Shown here in pieces: positions 1-13,109 of a DNA stretch of 64,000 bases. Numbering within the stretch: the stretch's first letter is position 1; the number at the start of each line of letters is the position of its first letter. The position numbers and the translations under genes are program-made. The notes below the pieces were generated by a model. That model was given only the letters and a program-made list of their open reading frames with translations, had not been told where the DNA came from and made no database searches. Source of the DNA: Centroscyllium fabricii (Eukaryota); the NCBI GenBank assembly GCA_051313645.2, contig JBNRSN020000005.1, forward strand, positions 303,366,001 through 303,430,000, given 5' to 3'.

Positions 1-330
1 GTAATGGTAATATCCTCAATTACCCCCCCTACACTCTGTCCGATTACGATGTCGGTTCCGTCCCTCTCTCTTGTGAATACTGAAGAGAAAAATTCGTTTA
101 GTACCTCCCCCACCGCCTCGGGCTCGACGCACAGCTTTCCGCTATCGTCCTTAATGGGCCCCACTCTTTCCCTCGTGATCCTTTTGTTTTTTATATAACT
201 GTAAAATGCCTTAGGGTTATCCTTGATTTTGCCGGCCATTGCAATCTCATGACCCCTCTTGGCTTTTCTTATCTCCTTCTTTAATTCCCCCCTATACTTC
301 TTATACTCCCCTAGCGCCTCCTCAGTTTTT
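1..330 (-). mobile_element. CR1 LINE ORF2 fragment (linker upstream of RT)
   Basis: Minus strand reads ...YIKNKRITRERVGPIKDDSGKLCVEPEAVGEVLNEFFSSVFT..., typical CR1 ORF2 sequence; runs off the window edge. Confidence 0.8.
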
Positions 331-2119
331 AGCCGTTTATATTCAGGTGACAAATCTGACATTTATTCATTTAACAGCCCATACTTAAACTTCAAACGTT
401 TCACAGAAAATGCTGGAGATCCACAGGTCAGTCAGCAGACGCCTTCCTGCCAAATGTTCAGGTTCACATTCTGCTGCTTTCCCTCCCACTTTGGAGCCAA
501 GTTGGACTTGGTCTTTGACTTTGCTTTTCAAATAGCTGACAGATTAACTGGAAATAGTATCTAGCCCTCCACACTTCTTTCCAGCATTTTAAATTCAATT
601 CAGAGTGACGACTAAATCCATTAGCAGTTTCTTTGTGAAAGTTAGCATATTTGCATTCTTGACCTTTACCTGCTCTTGTCCCTTCCCCGGTTTTATTCAG
701 TTATATAAAGGAGCTTCAGCCACCTAACTATAGCAGTTTTGATGCAAGGTCATCACCAAATCCATCTTTCTCAATCAGATGCTGCATTTTCAGCATTTTC
801 TGTTCTTGTTTCAGATTACTAGTATTCATTTTTTAATCTCTTAGTTTCATTTTGTTTCTACAAGTGCACCAATTGACATTTAACAGTTGACCTTATCAGG
901 GTGGGCGGAAGAAGAGTTGTATTTGTGCACACCACTGCAAATCATTAAAGCTTACCTTTTTACAACAACATCATGGATAGGAAGTTAGAATGGCCTAAAG
1001 TGTCACAGGCAAAACACCTTCATTGTACTTGACATTTGACCCTTAGCGGCCATAACTTCCTCTCAACGGAGTTTCAGGCAGCATTTAAGGGCTTAATGCT
1101 ACCGAAAATAAATAAGTAGATGATGACAAAAGTGTATGTTAGCACATGGGCCGATCAAATTTCAATGAATAGTTCCTTGTTGGCAAGCTGCTGACAAACC
1201 TATCTATGCAATTTTCAGTAGTTAGCTGTACTTTCCAGTCAGTTTACCCTAACATAACCTTAGCTCTTTCAAATTTTCTTGCGTAACTGTTGAGAAAATA
1301 GGTGATTAATTAAGCAAAACCCCTTTGCAGAGCTGCACAGAAATCTATCTGAACTAAAACAGCCTGCCCACAAACCACATCCACTTCATCGACATGAGAA
1401 ATTAAATTTCATTTGAACTTGTTTCCTGCGAGTTTCAGATACCTTGCAATTCAGGGTACTCTTGCAGATAAGGGGGTCAACAAGGCTTCCTTGATGAATT
1501 AACAGCCCATTTTCACATTACACTACTTGAATTCAACAGGAAATAAATAGCTTAACAGATAAAAGACTTCAGAAAAACAGCATTGCTGGAGCAAAAGATA
1601 GTAAAACAAGAATACTTTAATGTTAAATCTGAAATATTATTTCAAAAATTACAAAAAAGAAAAATGCTAGAAATAGTATGGAGAATTCCAGTAAGTTGTA
1701 ATTTTTAACTAATTTGTATAGCACATCAAACTTTTTGCAAGTTTTTTGACTATTTTTATTTACTTGCAAATTTTAAGATAATATACAATTTGTAATTCTA
1801 AATGCATCTGGTTATTGTTGGACTTATCGGGGGTCAAGCTTTGTTAAATCTCAATCTGAGACCACATTGCTAGGTAGATTGCACATTACATGAATAATAT
1901 GAAGATTAACAACTGAGAATAAGCACTGATCAACAGGAATCAGATACTCTGACTGAAGTCGAGTGCTGTAGCTTCAGTTAGAAGTTATCTACCATAATGG
2001 CAAAAGACTCAAGAAAATAATGGAAATATTCAAAGCAATTGTTCTTTTAAAAGGCGCAGTTGGGCTAAATTTTGACATTTTGCAAATGATCCTAAAATAA
2101 GAACATAAGAAATAGGAGC

Positions 2120-2445
2120 CATAGAGTCATAGAGTAATACAGCACAGAAAGAGGCCCTTCGGCCCATCGCATCCGTGCCGCCCATCAATCCCAGTCTATA
2201 CTACTCCCATTTTCCCGCATTTGGTCCGTAGCCTCGTATGCTGTGGCATTTCAAGTGCTCATCCAAATGCTTCTTGAATCTTGTGAGTGTTCCCGCCTCT
2301 ACCACCCTTTCAGGCAGTGAGTTCCAGACTCCAACCACCCTCTGGGTGAAAAAGTTCTTCCTCACATCCCCACGATACCTCCTGCCCCTTACCCTGAAAT
2401 TATGCCCCCTAGTTATTGACCCCTCTACCGAGGGCAAAAGTTCCA
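2120..2445 (-). mobile_element. CR1 3' end inserted in the tail of another CR1
   Basis: ORF 2201..2479 TRGHNFRVRGRRYRGDVRKNFFTQRVVGVWNSLP is the CR1 ORF2 C-terminus; a 3'UTR follows. Confidence 0.85.
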
Positions 2446-5400
2446 TGAGATCATGACTAATCTTCTGCCTCAACTCCATTCATCGGCCCTATTGCCATAT
2501 TCCTTGATGCCCTTACTAGTCAGAAATCTATCAACTTCTGTTTTGAATATACCCAATGACTGAGCCTCCACAGCCCTCTGGGGTAGAGAATTCCAAAGAT
2601 TCACCACCCTCTGTGTGAAGACATTTCTTCTCATCTCAGTCCTGAATGGCCTACCCTTTATCCTGAGGCTGTGGCTCCTTGTTCTAGACTCCCCAGCTAA
2701 GGGAAACATACTCCCAGCATCCATCCTGTCAAGCCCTGTAATAATTTTGTGTGCTTCAATGAGAGCCCCTCTCATTCTTCTGAATTCAAGAGAATACAGG
2801 CCTAATTTACTCAATCTCTTCTCATACGACAGTCCTGCTATCCCAGGAATCAATCTCGTTGCACTTCCTCCAAGGCAAGTATATCCATCATTAGGTAAGG
2901 AGACCAAAATTGTACACAGTACTCCAGGAGTGGTCTCACCAAGGCTCTATATAATTGGAGTAAGACGTCTTTACTCCTGTACTCAAATCCTCTTGTAATG
3001 AAGGCCAGCATACTATTTGCCTTCCTAATAGCTTTCTGCACCTGCACATTCACTTTCAGTGACTCATATACAAGGACACCCAGGTCCCTTTGAGCATCTG
3101 CATTCCCCATCTTTCACCATTTAGGAAATACTCTGCCCTTCTGTTTTTTCTACCAAAGTGGATAACCACATTTATCCACATTACATCCACAAAAAATTCC
3201 AATTAAATACATACTTTGGTTCTGTTTTCACAAAGGAGGACACAAATAACCTCCCGGAGATGTTGGGGAACATAGAGTCTGATGAGAGGGAGAAACTGAA
3301 AGAAATCAGTATTTGTAGGGAAATGGTGTTAGGGAAATTGATGGGATTGAAGGCTGATAAATCGCCAGGGCCTGATAATCTACATCATAGGGTACTTAAG
3401 GAAGTGGCCCTAGAAATAGTAGATGCATTGCTGGTCATCTTCCAAAACTCGATAGACTCTGGAACAGTTCCCATGGATTGGAGGGTAGCTAATGTTATCC
3501 CCACTGTTCAAAAAAGGTGGTAGAGAGAAAACGGGGAATTATAGACCAGTAAGCCTGACATCAGTAGTGGGGAAAATGCTAGAGTCCATTATAAACGGTG
3601 TAATAACAGAGCACTTGGAAAACAGTGACAGGATCGGACAAAGTCAACATAGATTTACAAAAGCTAAATCGTGCTTGACTAATCTACTGGAATCTTTTGA
3701 GGATGTAACTGGTAAAATAGATAAGGGAGAACCAGTGGATGTGGTGCATTTGGACATTCAGAAGGCTTTCGATAAGGTCCCGCATAAGCGATTAGCGTGT
3801 AAAGTTAAGGCACATGGGATTGGGGGCAAGGTACTGACTTGGATAGAGAACTGGTTGGCAGACAGGAAGCAAAGAGTTGGAATAAACGGGTCTTTTTTCG
3901 AGTGGCAGGCAGTGACTAGTGGGGTACTGCAGGGATTGGTCCTAGGACCCCAGCTATTCACAATATATATTAATGATCTAGACGAGGGAATTAGATGTAA
4001 TATTGCAGACGACACAAAGCTGGGTGGGCATGTGTGCTGTGAAGAGGATGCCAAGAAACTCCAGTATGATTTGGACAGGTTGGGTGATTAGGCAGAAGCA
4101 TGGCAGATGCAGTATAATGTGGATAAATATGAGGTTATCCACTTTCGTGGCATAACAGGAAGGCAGATTATCATCTGAACGGCAACAGATTGGAAGAAGG
4201 AGAAGTGCAACGAGATCTGGGTGTCCTTGTGCACCAGTCGCTGAAGGTAAGCATGCAGGTGCAGCAGGCAGTTATGAAGGCAAATGGTGTGTTGGCCTTT
4301 GTAGCGAGAGGATTAGAGTACAGGAACAAGGATGTCTTGCTGCAATTGTACAGGGCCTTGGTCAAACTACATCTTGAGTAGTGTGTGCAGTTTTGGTCGC
4401 CTTATCTGAGGAAGGATGTTCTTGCCATGGAAGGAGTGCAGCGAAGATTCACCAGACTGATACCTGGGATGGCAGGAATGACGTATGAGGAGAGATTGGG
4501 TCGATTGAGCTTATATTCGCTGGAGTTTAGAAGAATAAGAGGGGATCTCATTGAAACTTATAAAATTCTGTCAGGCCTGGACAGACTAGATGTAGGAAGG
4601 ATGTTCCCGATGGTGGGGGAGTCCAGTACCAGGGGTCACAATCTAAGGATAAGGGGTAAGCCATTTTGAACAGAGATGAGGAGGAATTTCTTCACCCAGA
4701 GAGTGGTGAACCTGTGGAAGTCTCTACCACAGAAGGCAGTTGAGGTCAAAAACATTAAATATATTCAAGAAGGAGTTAGATATATTTCTTAAGGCTAAAG
4801 GGATCAAGGGATATGGGGAGAAGGCAAGGACAAGGTACTGAATTTGGATGATCGGCCATGATCTCATTGAATGGCAGAGCAGGCTCGAGGGGCCGAATGG
4901 CCTACTCCTGCTCCTATCTTCTATGTTTCTATTCCATCGGCTATGTTCTCGCCCACTCACTGAGCCTGTCGAGATCCCTTTGAAGCCTCTTCACATCCTC
5001 TTTGCAACTGACACTGCCACTTAGCTTTGTATCAGCAGCAAATTTGGAAATGTTAATTTATTCCCCTCATCCAAATCATTGATAGAGATTGTGAATAGCT
5101 GGAGCCCAAGCACTGATCCTTGCGGTAACCCACTAGTCACAGCCTGCCATCCTAAAAAAGACCCATTTATTCCTACTCTCTGTTAACCAATTCTCAATTC
5201 ATGCTAGTATATTACCCCCAATTCCATGTGCCCTAATTTTGTTCACCAACCTCTTGCGTGGACCTTATCGAAGGCCTTCTGAAAGTCCAGATACACCACA
5301 TCTACCGGTTCCCCTTTGTCTACTCCACTAGTTACAGCCTCAAAGAACTCCAATAGTTTTGTTAAACAGGATTTCCCTTTCATAAATCCATGTTGACTCT

Positions 5401-5945
5401 GCCCAATCTTACTATTAGTTTCTGAGTGCCCAGTTATTGCATCCTTTACAATAGATTCCAGCATTTTCCCCAACTACTGATGTGAGGCTAACAGGTCTGT
5501 AGTTCCCCATGTTCTCTCTCCCTCCTTTCTTAAATAGCAGGGTTAAATTTGCTATCCTCCGATCTGCAGGAACCATTCCAGAATCTATAGAATTTTGGAA
5601 GATGACAACCAATGCTTCCACTATTCCAATGGCCACCTCTTTCAAAACCCGAGGATGTAGGTCATCCGGTCCTTGAGATTTGTCGACTTTTAGTCCCATT
5701 AATTTTGATTGTACTGGTTTTTTTTTTTACTGATAATAATTTCATTAAGTTCCTCATTCTCATCACATACTTGGTTTTCTCGTATTTCTGGGAGGCTTTT
5801 TGTGACTTCCTACGTGAAGACGGAAACAAAGTATTTATTTAATTTCTCTGCCATTTCCTCATTCCCCATTATAAATTCTCCCATCTCTGACCGGAAAGGA
5901 CCTACATTTACCTTCGCCAGTCTTTTCCTTTGCACATACGTATAA
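2445..5945 (-). mobile_element. Decayed CR1 ORF2, interrupted by a + strand CR1 at about 3195-4932
   Basis: ORFs 2470..2907, 2850..3110, 5243..5473 and 5415..5699 carry CR1 RT motifs (KSQGPDDLHPRVLKE, YLDFQKAFDKV, RPLLEYCVQFWSP). Confidence 0.85.
3195..4932 (+). mobile_element. 5'-truncated CR1 LINE (RT to 3' tail)
   Basis: ORFs 3158..3523, 3492..4091, 4190..4381 and 4385..4669 give contiguous CR1 RT (NYRPVSLTS, IADDTKLGG); ends in a ttctatgtttcta tail; the host minus-strand CR1 resumes after it. Confidence 0.9.
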
Positions 5946-6414
5946 ATGGCCAATTAATGTCAATTTATTTTTTGGGGTTGCCACACAGTTCTACTGGCTA
6001 GTACTCGTAGCACCACATGCCCTCAGCTTACACGATGCATTAGGTTTGCAATTGGAATGCTGAGGTGAGAAGCTGCAATTTTATAATTTTCAAATAATAA
6101 TCCCTATGCATCTCTGCAATAACTACATTTTAGATATAGCTATTATTTTCATGTTTTGAATTATAAGATGAGATGGATAAGCCTTTTTTTTTAAATGAAG
6201 TAAATAATTAAAACATAATTGAAGAGATGAATTTCATCACTTGAACTGAATGGGCAGCTAGATATGAAATTATTGATGCTTCACCACTTCAGTTAAAAAA
6301 AAGAAATTATACTGGTTAAAAGGAATGGCATATCTGATACTACGTGAAATGTAGAGTATACCTAAAATTGATTCAGAACCACAGAAGGAACCAATTTTCC
6401 TCATTGCATCTCTG

Positions 6415-7445
6415 AACATAGGTACAGGAGTAGGCCATTCAGCCCCTCGAGCCTGTTCCGCCATTCAATGAGATCATGGCTGATCTACGATCTAACTCCA
6501 TATACGCGACTTTGGCCCATGTCCCTTAATACGTTTAAGAACATAAGAACATAAGAAATAGGAGCAGGAGTAGGCCAATCAGCCCCTCGAGCCTGCTCCG
6601 CCATTCAACAAGATCATGGCTGATCTGATCCTAACCTCAATTTTATTTTTGCTCTCCATCCCGCCCAAACCCATGTGATCACCCAGGAGGGGCGAAAAAC
6701 CAGATAAAAAACCCAGTGGCCAATTTGGGAGAAAAAATCTGGGAAATTCCTCTCCGACCCATCTAGGTGATCGAAAACTGGTCCAGATCACATGGCCGAT
6801 CTGAACCTAGCCTCACGTCCACTTACCTGCCCGCTCACCATAACCCCTAATTCCCTTTACTTCCAGGAAACTGTCTAGCTCGGTTTTAAATTTATTCAAT
6901 GTAGTAGCTTCCACAGCTCTCTGGGGCAGCAAATTCCACAGCCCCACTGTGATGAACCATTTGGTGTGGTTCACACTGTGCTATTATTGTATATAGTTTG
7001 TGTTAATATATCTGTACCTTTCTGGATTATTGTATATAGTTTGTGTTAATAAATCTGTACCTTTCTGTAAGGACCTGGACCGGCTGACCCCGCCACTGGG
7101 TATGAGTATAAAGGAGAATGCTCCGCCCACCTGACTCTCATTCCGGGCGGACTCATCGCAGACTAGGTTCAGTTCTTTGTAAATAAAAGCCTTTCGTTAG
7201 AACAAGCTGTCGGCTCTGATTTGAGGCTCCTCACCCACCACCCTCTGAGTGAAGAAGTTTCTCATCTCAGTTTGGTTAACAAAGAGCTATCAATCTCGGA
7301 TTTAAAATTAACAATTGATCTAGCATCAACTGCTGTTTGCGAGGAAGAGAGTTCCAAACTTCCACCACCCTGTGTGTGTAGAAGTGTTTCCTAATTTCAC
7401 TCCTGAAAGGTCTGGCTCTAATTATTAGACTATGCCCCCGACCTA
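6415..7445 (-). mobile_element. Nested CR1 3' tails (one inside another, the inner one hit by a solo LTR)
   Basis: Two ggagtaggcca(t/a)tcagcccctcgagcctg tail motifs; the outer copy breaks at about 6535 and resumes at about 7272. Confidence 0.75.
6948..7233 (+). mobile_element. Solo LTR (TG...CA, 286 bp), 5-bp TSD CCCAC
   Basis: TGTGATG...CCTCA flanked by cccac/cccac; contains TATAAA and AATAAA; homologous copies at 22544 and 60054. Confidence 0.85.
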
Positions 7446-8302
7446 GCCCTAACTAAATTTGGATTTATGACTTTCTATGCCTTCATCTAAGTCGTTAATA
7501 AATACTGTGAATAGTTGAGGCCCCAACAGATCCCTGCGAGACACCACTAGTCACCTCCTTCCAATTTGAGTACCTGCCTATTATCCCTACTGCCCGTCTC
7601 CTGTCACTCAGCCAATTTCCTAACCAGGTCAATAATTTGCCCTCAATTCCGTGGGCTTCTACTTTAGTTAATAGTCTCTTATGAGGGACTTTATCAAATG
7701 CCTTCTGGAAATCCATATAAATAATATCCATAGACATTCCCCTGTCCACTACTTTAGTCACCTCCTTAAAAAATTTCAATCCGGTTTGTCAGGCATGACC
7801 TACCTTTCCCAAATCCATGCTAGCTCTCTGATCAACTGAAAAATTTTGGGGTGTTCAGTCACCCTATCCTTAATTATAGACTCCAGCAACTTCCCCATAA
7901 CAGATGTTAGGCTAACTGGTCTATAATTCCCTGGTGTCCCTCTCTCACCATTCTTAAATAGCAGAGTAACATGCACAATTTTCCAATCTAAAAGGAACGG
8001 TTCCTGAATCGAGAGAAGTTTGGAAGATTATAGTTGAGGCATCTGCAATGTGCTCACCTACTTTCTTTGAAACCCTGGGATGGAAACCATCTGGTCCGGA
8101 GGACCCGTCACTCTTTAGTGTCATTATTTTCTTCATTACTGTTATTTTACTTATGTTAATTTTATTGAGTCCCTGTCCCTGATTTAATATTAGTTTCCTT
8201 GGGATTTCTGGCACGCTCAGCTCTTCCTCTACGGTAGATACTGACGCAAAGTAATTATTCAACATGTCCGCCATTTCCTTATCGTCGACAATATCGCTCA
8301 TA

Positions 8303-8887
8303 CAGGTACACAACCCTTTATCCGAAAACCTCGGGACCGGGCGGGTTTCGGATAAATACGTTTTTTAGAGTTGGCCCCAGTGCGCATGCGCAGATTGCAT
8401 GCGCATGCGCATTTCCATGTTTGCGGCCCAGCTCACAGTCGGGGAACGGCATATCGGCCATTTAGAGCGGGGGATCGGCCGTTTGGAGCGGGGAACCGGC
8501 CGTTTGGAGCGGGGAACCGGCCGTTTGGAGCGGGGAACCGGCCGTTTGGAGCGGAGAATCGGCCGTTTTGGAGCGGAGAATCGGCCGTTTTGGAGCGGAG
8601 AATCGGCCGGTTTGGAGCGGAGAATCGGCCGTTTGGAGCGGAGAATCGGCCGTTTGGAGCGGAGAATCGGCCGTTTGGAGCGGAGAATCGGCTGTTTGGA
8701 GCGGAGAATCGGCTGTTTGGAGCGGGAGATTGGCCGTCTTTTCCTCAGCACGGCATCAATAGCACGAGATCGGGGTAGGAACGTGTTTTTTCTGCTGCAG
8801 CTTCAATTTATTTAAGAAAAAAATGATTATGTTGGCGCAACCCTGGACTTCGGTTTTTGGAGTTGCGGATAAGGGATTGTGTACCTG
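8303..8887. mobile_element. Tc1/mariner (Tigger-like) MITE, TA TSD
   Basis: TA|CAGGTACACAACCCTTTATCCG ... CGGATAAGGGATTGTGTACCTG|TA. Confidence 0.85.
8455..8737 (+). repeat. ~21-bp minisatellite (GGAGCGGAGAATCGGCCGTTT) inside the MITE
   Basis: About 13 tandem units visible; explains the repetitive ORFs at 8365-8815. Confidence 0.95.
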
Positions 8888-10866
8888 TATCAGTTTTTTA
8901 AGGGGCCAACATTGCTCCTGACTACCTTCTTTTTCCTAATATAATTTTAAAAATTCTATGCTGATTTGATATCCATTGTAAGTTTCTTTTCATACTGCCT
9001 TTTTGTAGCTCTATCGGTTTTGTGACTTTTGCTGTTCCTTGTATCTCTCCCATTCACCAGGATCTGTGCTTTTTTTTTGCATTTTTGTGTGCTTTTTCAT
9101 TTAGCTTTATGCTGCCTCTTACCTCTTTAGTCGTCCATGGCTGGGTTTTTTTGGTAAGTAGAGCTCTTGCCCCTCTGATATAAACTGGTTCTGCATCACC
9201 TTCAATTCTTTTTTGAACATCCCCCACTGATCTTCTGTCGTTTTACCCATTAACAGATTTGTCCAGTTTACTGTGGACAGTCTCTGTTTCATCCTGTTGA
9301 AGTCGGCCTTACCAAAATCTAGAATCTAAGCTGCTTCGAGTTTCTCCCTTTCAAATGTTATGTTGAACTTGGTCATGATGTGATCGCTACTGGATAAATG
9401 TTCACGCACAGTTAGGCTGCTAACTAAATCTGGCTCATTACTCATTACTAAATCTAATATGGCATGTCCCTTTGTTGCCTCTACGACATATTGTTGTAGA
9501 AAACTATCCCAGACACAATCAAGAAATTCATTACCTTTCTGACAGGTGCAAATCTGCTTATCCCAATCTATAGGAAAGTAAAAATTCCCCATTAAAACCA
9601 CACTGCCTTTACTACACGCTTGTCTAATCTCTGCATTTATCCAATCTAGCACGTCACAGCTGCTACCTGGGAGCCTATACACAACTCCCACTACAGTCTT
9701 AAATCCTTTCCTATTTCTGAATTCTACCCATAAAGTCTCCACTGCCTCCTTACCTCACGTTATATCCTCTCTGATCATTGAAGTGCTTTTATCCTTAATC
9801 ACTTAGGTTACTCCTCCCCATCTGTCATTTTCCCTGTCTTTCCTGTAGACCTTATAACCTGGTATATTTAGTTCCCAGTCCCGACCATTTTGCAGCCATG
9901 TCTCAGTAATGGCTACCATGTTATACCCTCCAACTTGAATTTGCACCCAGTTCATTCAATTTATTCCTTATGCTCCGTGCGTTTGTATAAAGAACGCTTA
10001 TTTGCGCCACCCACCCTAGCCTGTCCTTCAGCTCTGATGTTTTACACACGTGTTTCTTATTTCTCTCTCCTGATTTAATCACGTTACATCTTTTAATTTT
10101 CCCTTTACATGCAGTGCCGAAAGCACAATTTCTGACTCTGCTCTCTTCCCTTTTTTTTTTGTTTTTAAACGTCTATTTGTACTACTGAGCCCTCCCCCGC
10201 CATTTACCCGTTTAAAGACCTTGTGACCACCCTATTTATCCTTTCCACCTGGTCCTAGACCGGTTCAGGTGGAGTCCATCCCAATGGTACAGCTCCTTCC
10301 TGTCCCAATACTGGTGCTAGTGCCCCATGAAATGGAACCCCCCTCTTTCCCACACCATTCCTTTAGCCACGTGTCCACTTCCCGAATCAGCTTATCCCTA
10401 TGCCAATTTGCATGTGGCTCAGGTAATAATCCAGAGGTTATAACCCTGGCGATCCTGTTCTTTAATTTAGCTCCTAGTTCCTGGTACTGTTGCTGGTCCC
10501 AACATGGACCGCAACAATTGGATCCTTCCCCTCCCTCTCCAATATCATTTCAAACCGGTTCGAGATGTCCCTCACCCTGGCACCAGGTAGGCAACATACC
10601 ATGTGGGACTCTCGATCTTGCTTACAAAGGATGTTATCTGTCCTCCTAATTATAGAATCCCCTACAACTACCATGTTACACTTCCTCTCTTCCTTCTCTC
10701 CTCTTAGGACAGCCTCCTGCTCCACAGTGCCATGGTCTGCATTCTGACTGTCCTTCTGACAGTCTTTATCCTTATCCTCACGGGTAACAAGTGCTGTACA
10801 GTGTACCTGTTGGATAAGATCAGTTTCTGTGGATCCTCGTTCCCATTCTTACCTGGGTTCCCCTTA

Positions 10867-11544
10867 AGCCCCGCTTTCACTGGAGGCTACGAATTGCCGA
10901 ATCGTCCCGAATCTGAAATTTGTCCGATTCGTGGGTAATTCTTGCAATTCGTAAACGATTCGTGGTTGATTCGTAGAGGATTCGTAGAGTTCGCGTAAGT
11001 TCGCGGGATTTCTTTGATTTTTCAAGAAAGTTTTTGTTTGTCAAAAAATTTCGTGGGAGGGTTAACGAATTTCAAATTCGTGATAGATTCCTAAACAATT
11101 CGTGACCCTTTCTTATCGTTCTTAACCCTTTCTTATCCTTCTTAACCGTTTCTTAATCGCTTCTTCTGCATTCTTGTATATTCTTGGCGCATTCTTGACT
11201 CCCTCAAATTCGTGGACCCACGCCGAATACATCACGAAACAGGCACGAATGTCCACGAATCAGGTACGAATCAAGTACGAATCGGCCGTAGTGGATTCGT
11301 ACAGTAATTCGGCACATTCGTAAGTGAGTTCGTTAAATTCTTACCTGATTCTTTGAATTCGTACTTGTTTCTTAAACCATTCTTGACATTCGGCACGAAT
11401 AATTCGTAATCAATTCGTAGTGGATTCGTAGCTCCTCCCAAATCCACCACGAATTTTCACATTTTTTGCCGAATCGCCACGAATTTCGATACGTGACGAT
11501 TCTTGATATTCTTGATATTCTTAGCCTCCAGTGAAAGCGGGGCT
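10867..11544. mobile_element. PIF/Harbinger-type MITE (678 bp), 23-bp TIR, TTA TSD
   Basis: TTA|AGCCCCGCTTTCACTGGAGGCTA ... TAGCCTCCAGTGAAAGCGGGGCT|TTA; interior saturated with TTCGT/ACGAA/TTCTT words. Confidence 0.9.
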
Positions 11545-11789
11545 TTACTCTGCACACGATCGGTCACGCCAACCTCGTTCTGAACCTGCACCTCCTGACG
11601 AGGTGTGACTGAGGTCTGGAGCAAACTGTCCAGATACTCTTCCAACTCGCGCTCCAGCTCAATGATTCTGAGCCAGAGAGATGCTCAAGGAATCCAAAAC
11701 AAATCCCGCTGTCCACCGTCTCCACAGCCCATTAGCTTCCTCTGCTTCAAATATTTATCTACTTCTCCCCTTAAAAGATGCAACTGGCT

Positions 11790-12200
11790 GCCTCAAATGC
11801 CCCCTGCGACAAAATATTCCACGCTCAAACAACCTTCCGTATTGAGTAATCTGCTAATCTTTCTCCTCACCCTATTTTAAATAGATGACGCCTTGACACT
11901 GACTTCCCAAATAGAGAATTATTTTTCTATTCATCCTGCCAAACCTTTTGTAATTTAAAAACAAAATCAATATTAAATCTCCTCTTAGTCGACGTTCATA
12001 ACTATAGTTTCTCTTTCCTGCTATCATCCAGATGAATCTACACCATATGTTGTGCCTGGCTTTAATACCCTTTCTGTAAAGTGTCCAAAACTGCTTACAG
12101 TGCTCTAACTCTGGTCTAACCATTGCCGTATACAAATGTATTACCTCTTCGCTCTTGTGCTCTATGCCTCAATTGATAAAACTCAAAATGCTACTGATTG
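11790..12200 (-). mobile_element. Old CR1 3' fragment
   Basis: ORF 11872..12135 VRPELEHCKQFW...YSYERRLRGDLI is a degenerate CR1 ORF2 C-terminus. Confidence 0.7.
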
Positions 12201-12449
12201 GAACTAATGAAACTTGAGTGTTTGTTGACACCACACAGAGTCCTGGGGGAAAGATAAATGAAATGTAGTAAATTTATGAAGCTATTTGTATGACATTGTC
12301 AAGCACAGATTGTTTCAGGATTCTACAACGTTTTCTCCTTCCTCATTTTCACCTTTTATTGATCACAGCATCACTTGTAGTTTTTACCAAGGATACTCAC
12401 TCATTTTTGACAAGAACCACAATCCCGAGCAGTGAATTCCATGCATTAC

Positions 12450-12750
12450 TGAGAAAGTGCTGCAGTGTCAGAGGTGCTGCCTTCTGCCCATTCAAGTGGA
12501 GTTAAAAGATCGCATGGCTGTATGTGTGGAGGAGCAGGGATTCTAACAGTGCCCTGGCAAACATTCATCCCTCAACCAATACGGCCAAAACAGATTAACT
12601 GGTCATTTATCTCATTGCTGTTTGTAGGATCATGCTGTGCAAATTGGCTGCCGCATTTGCACACAACAGTAATTACATGCCAAAAGTAACTCTCCGGGGC
12701 TTTGGGACATTCTCTGCTCATGAAATGAACTATATGAATGCAAGTTCCTT
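12450..12750 (+). mobile_element. Deu-domain SINE (SacSINE1-like), decayed
   Basis: ctcattgctgtttgtaggatc..gctgtgcaaattggctgccgc core and an L2-type tail; homologous to 18305 and 39290. Confidence 0.7.
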
Positions 12751-13109
12751 ATTTGTTGCTCAGGCGCCATTTTCACAGAACTACCACGAATCAATTCCAA
12801 ATCGCTATTTTTTAAAGCTTTTTATGAATCTGTCTCTCGTTCTCTGAATCCCAGCTTCACCAACACTCTAGAGCTGGCAGGAGAGTGTGTTGCAGCCCAG
12901 AGAGATCGTGGGAATCCACAGGCGAGGAGGAAATGGAATATGACCGAGCTCTGGGCTGTACCAAGAGTATTTCTGCTTAAAAGGAGTACTTCAAGGAAGG
13001 CTGACAAAAACCATAATCGAGAGTTTTATTCCAGTAACTTCAAGTTCCTTACATCAACGTTGTTCAAAATAAATTGCTCATTCACTGCAAGTGTGGCTAC
13101 AGCAACATT

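Larger units (their letters stand above)
7470..11690 (-). mobile_element. Long decayed CR1 with ORF1 (SGNH esterase), AP endonuclease and the N-terminal half of RT
   Basis: ORF 10474..10725 VVVGDSIIR...CCLPGARVRDI...HVGT (CR1 ORF1 esterase); 9326..9742 endonuclease (GVVYR, LDLV, SSDH); 7954..8313 and 7495..7779 RT; interrupted by two MITEs. Confidence 0.85.
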
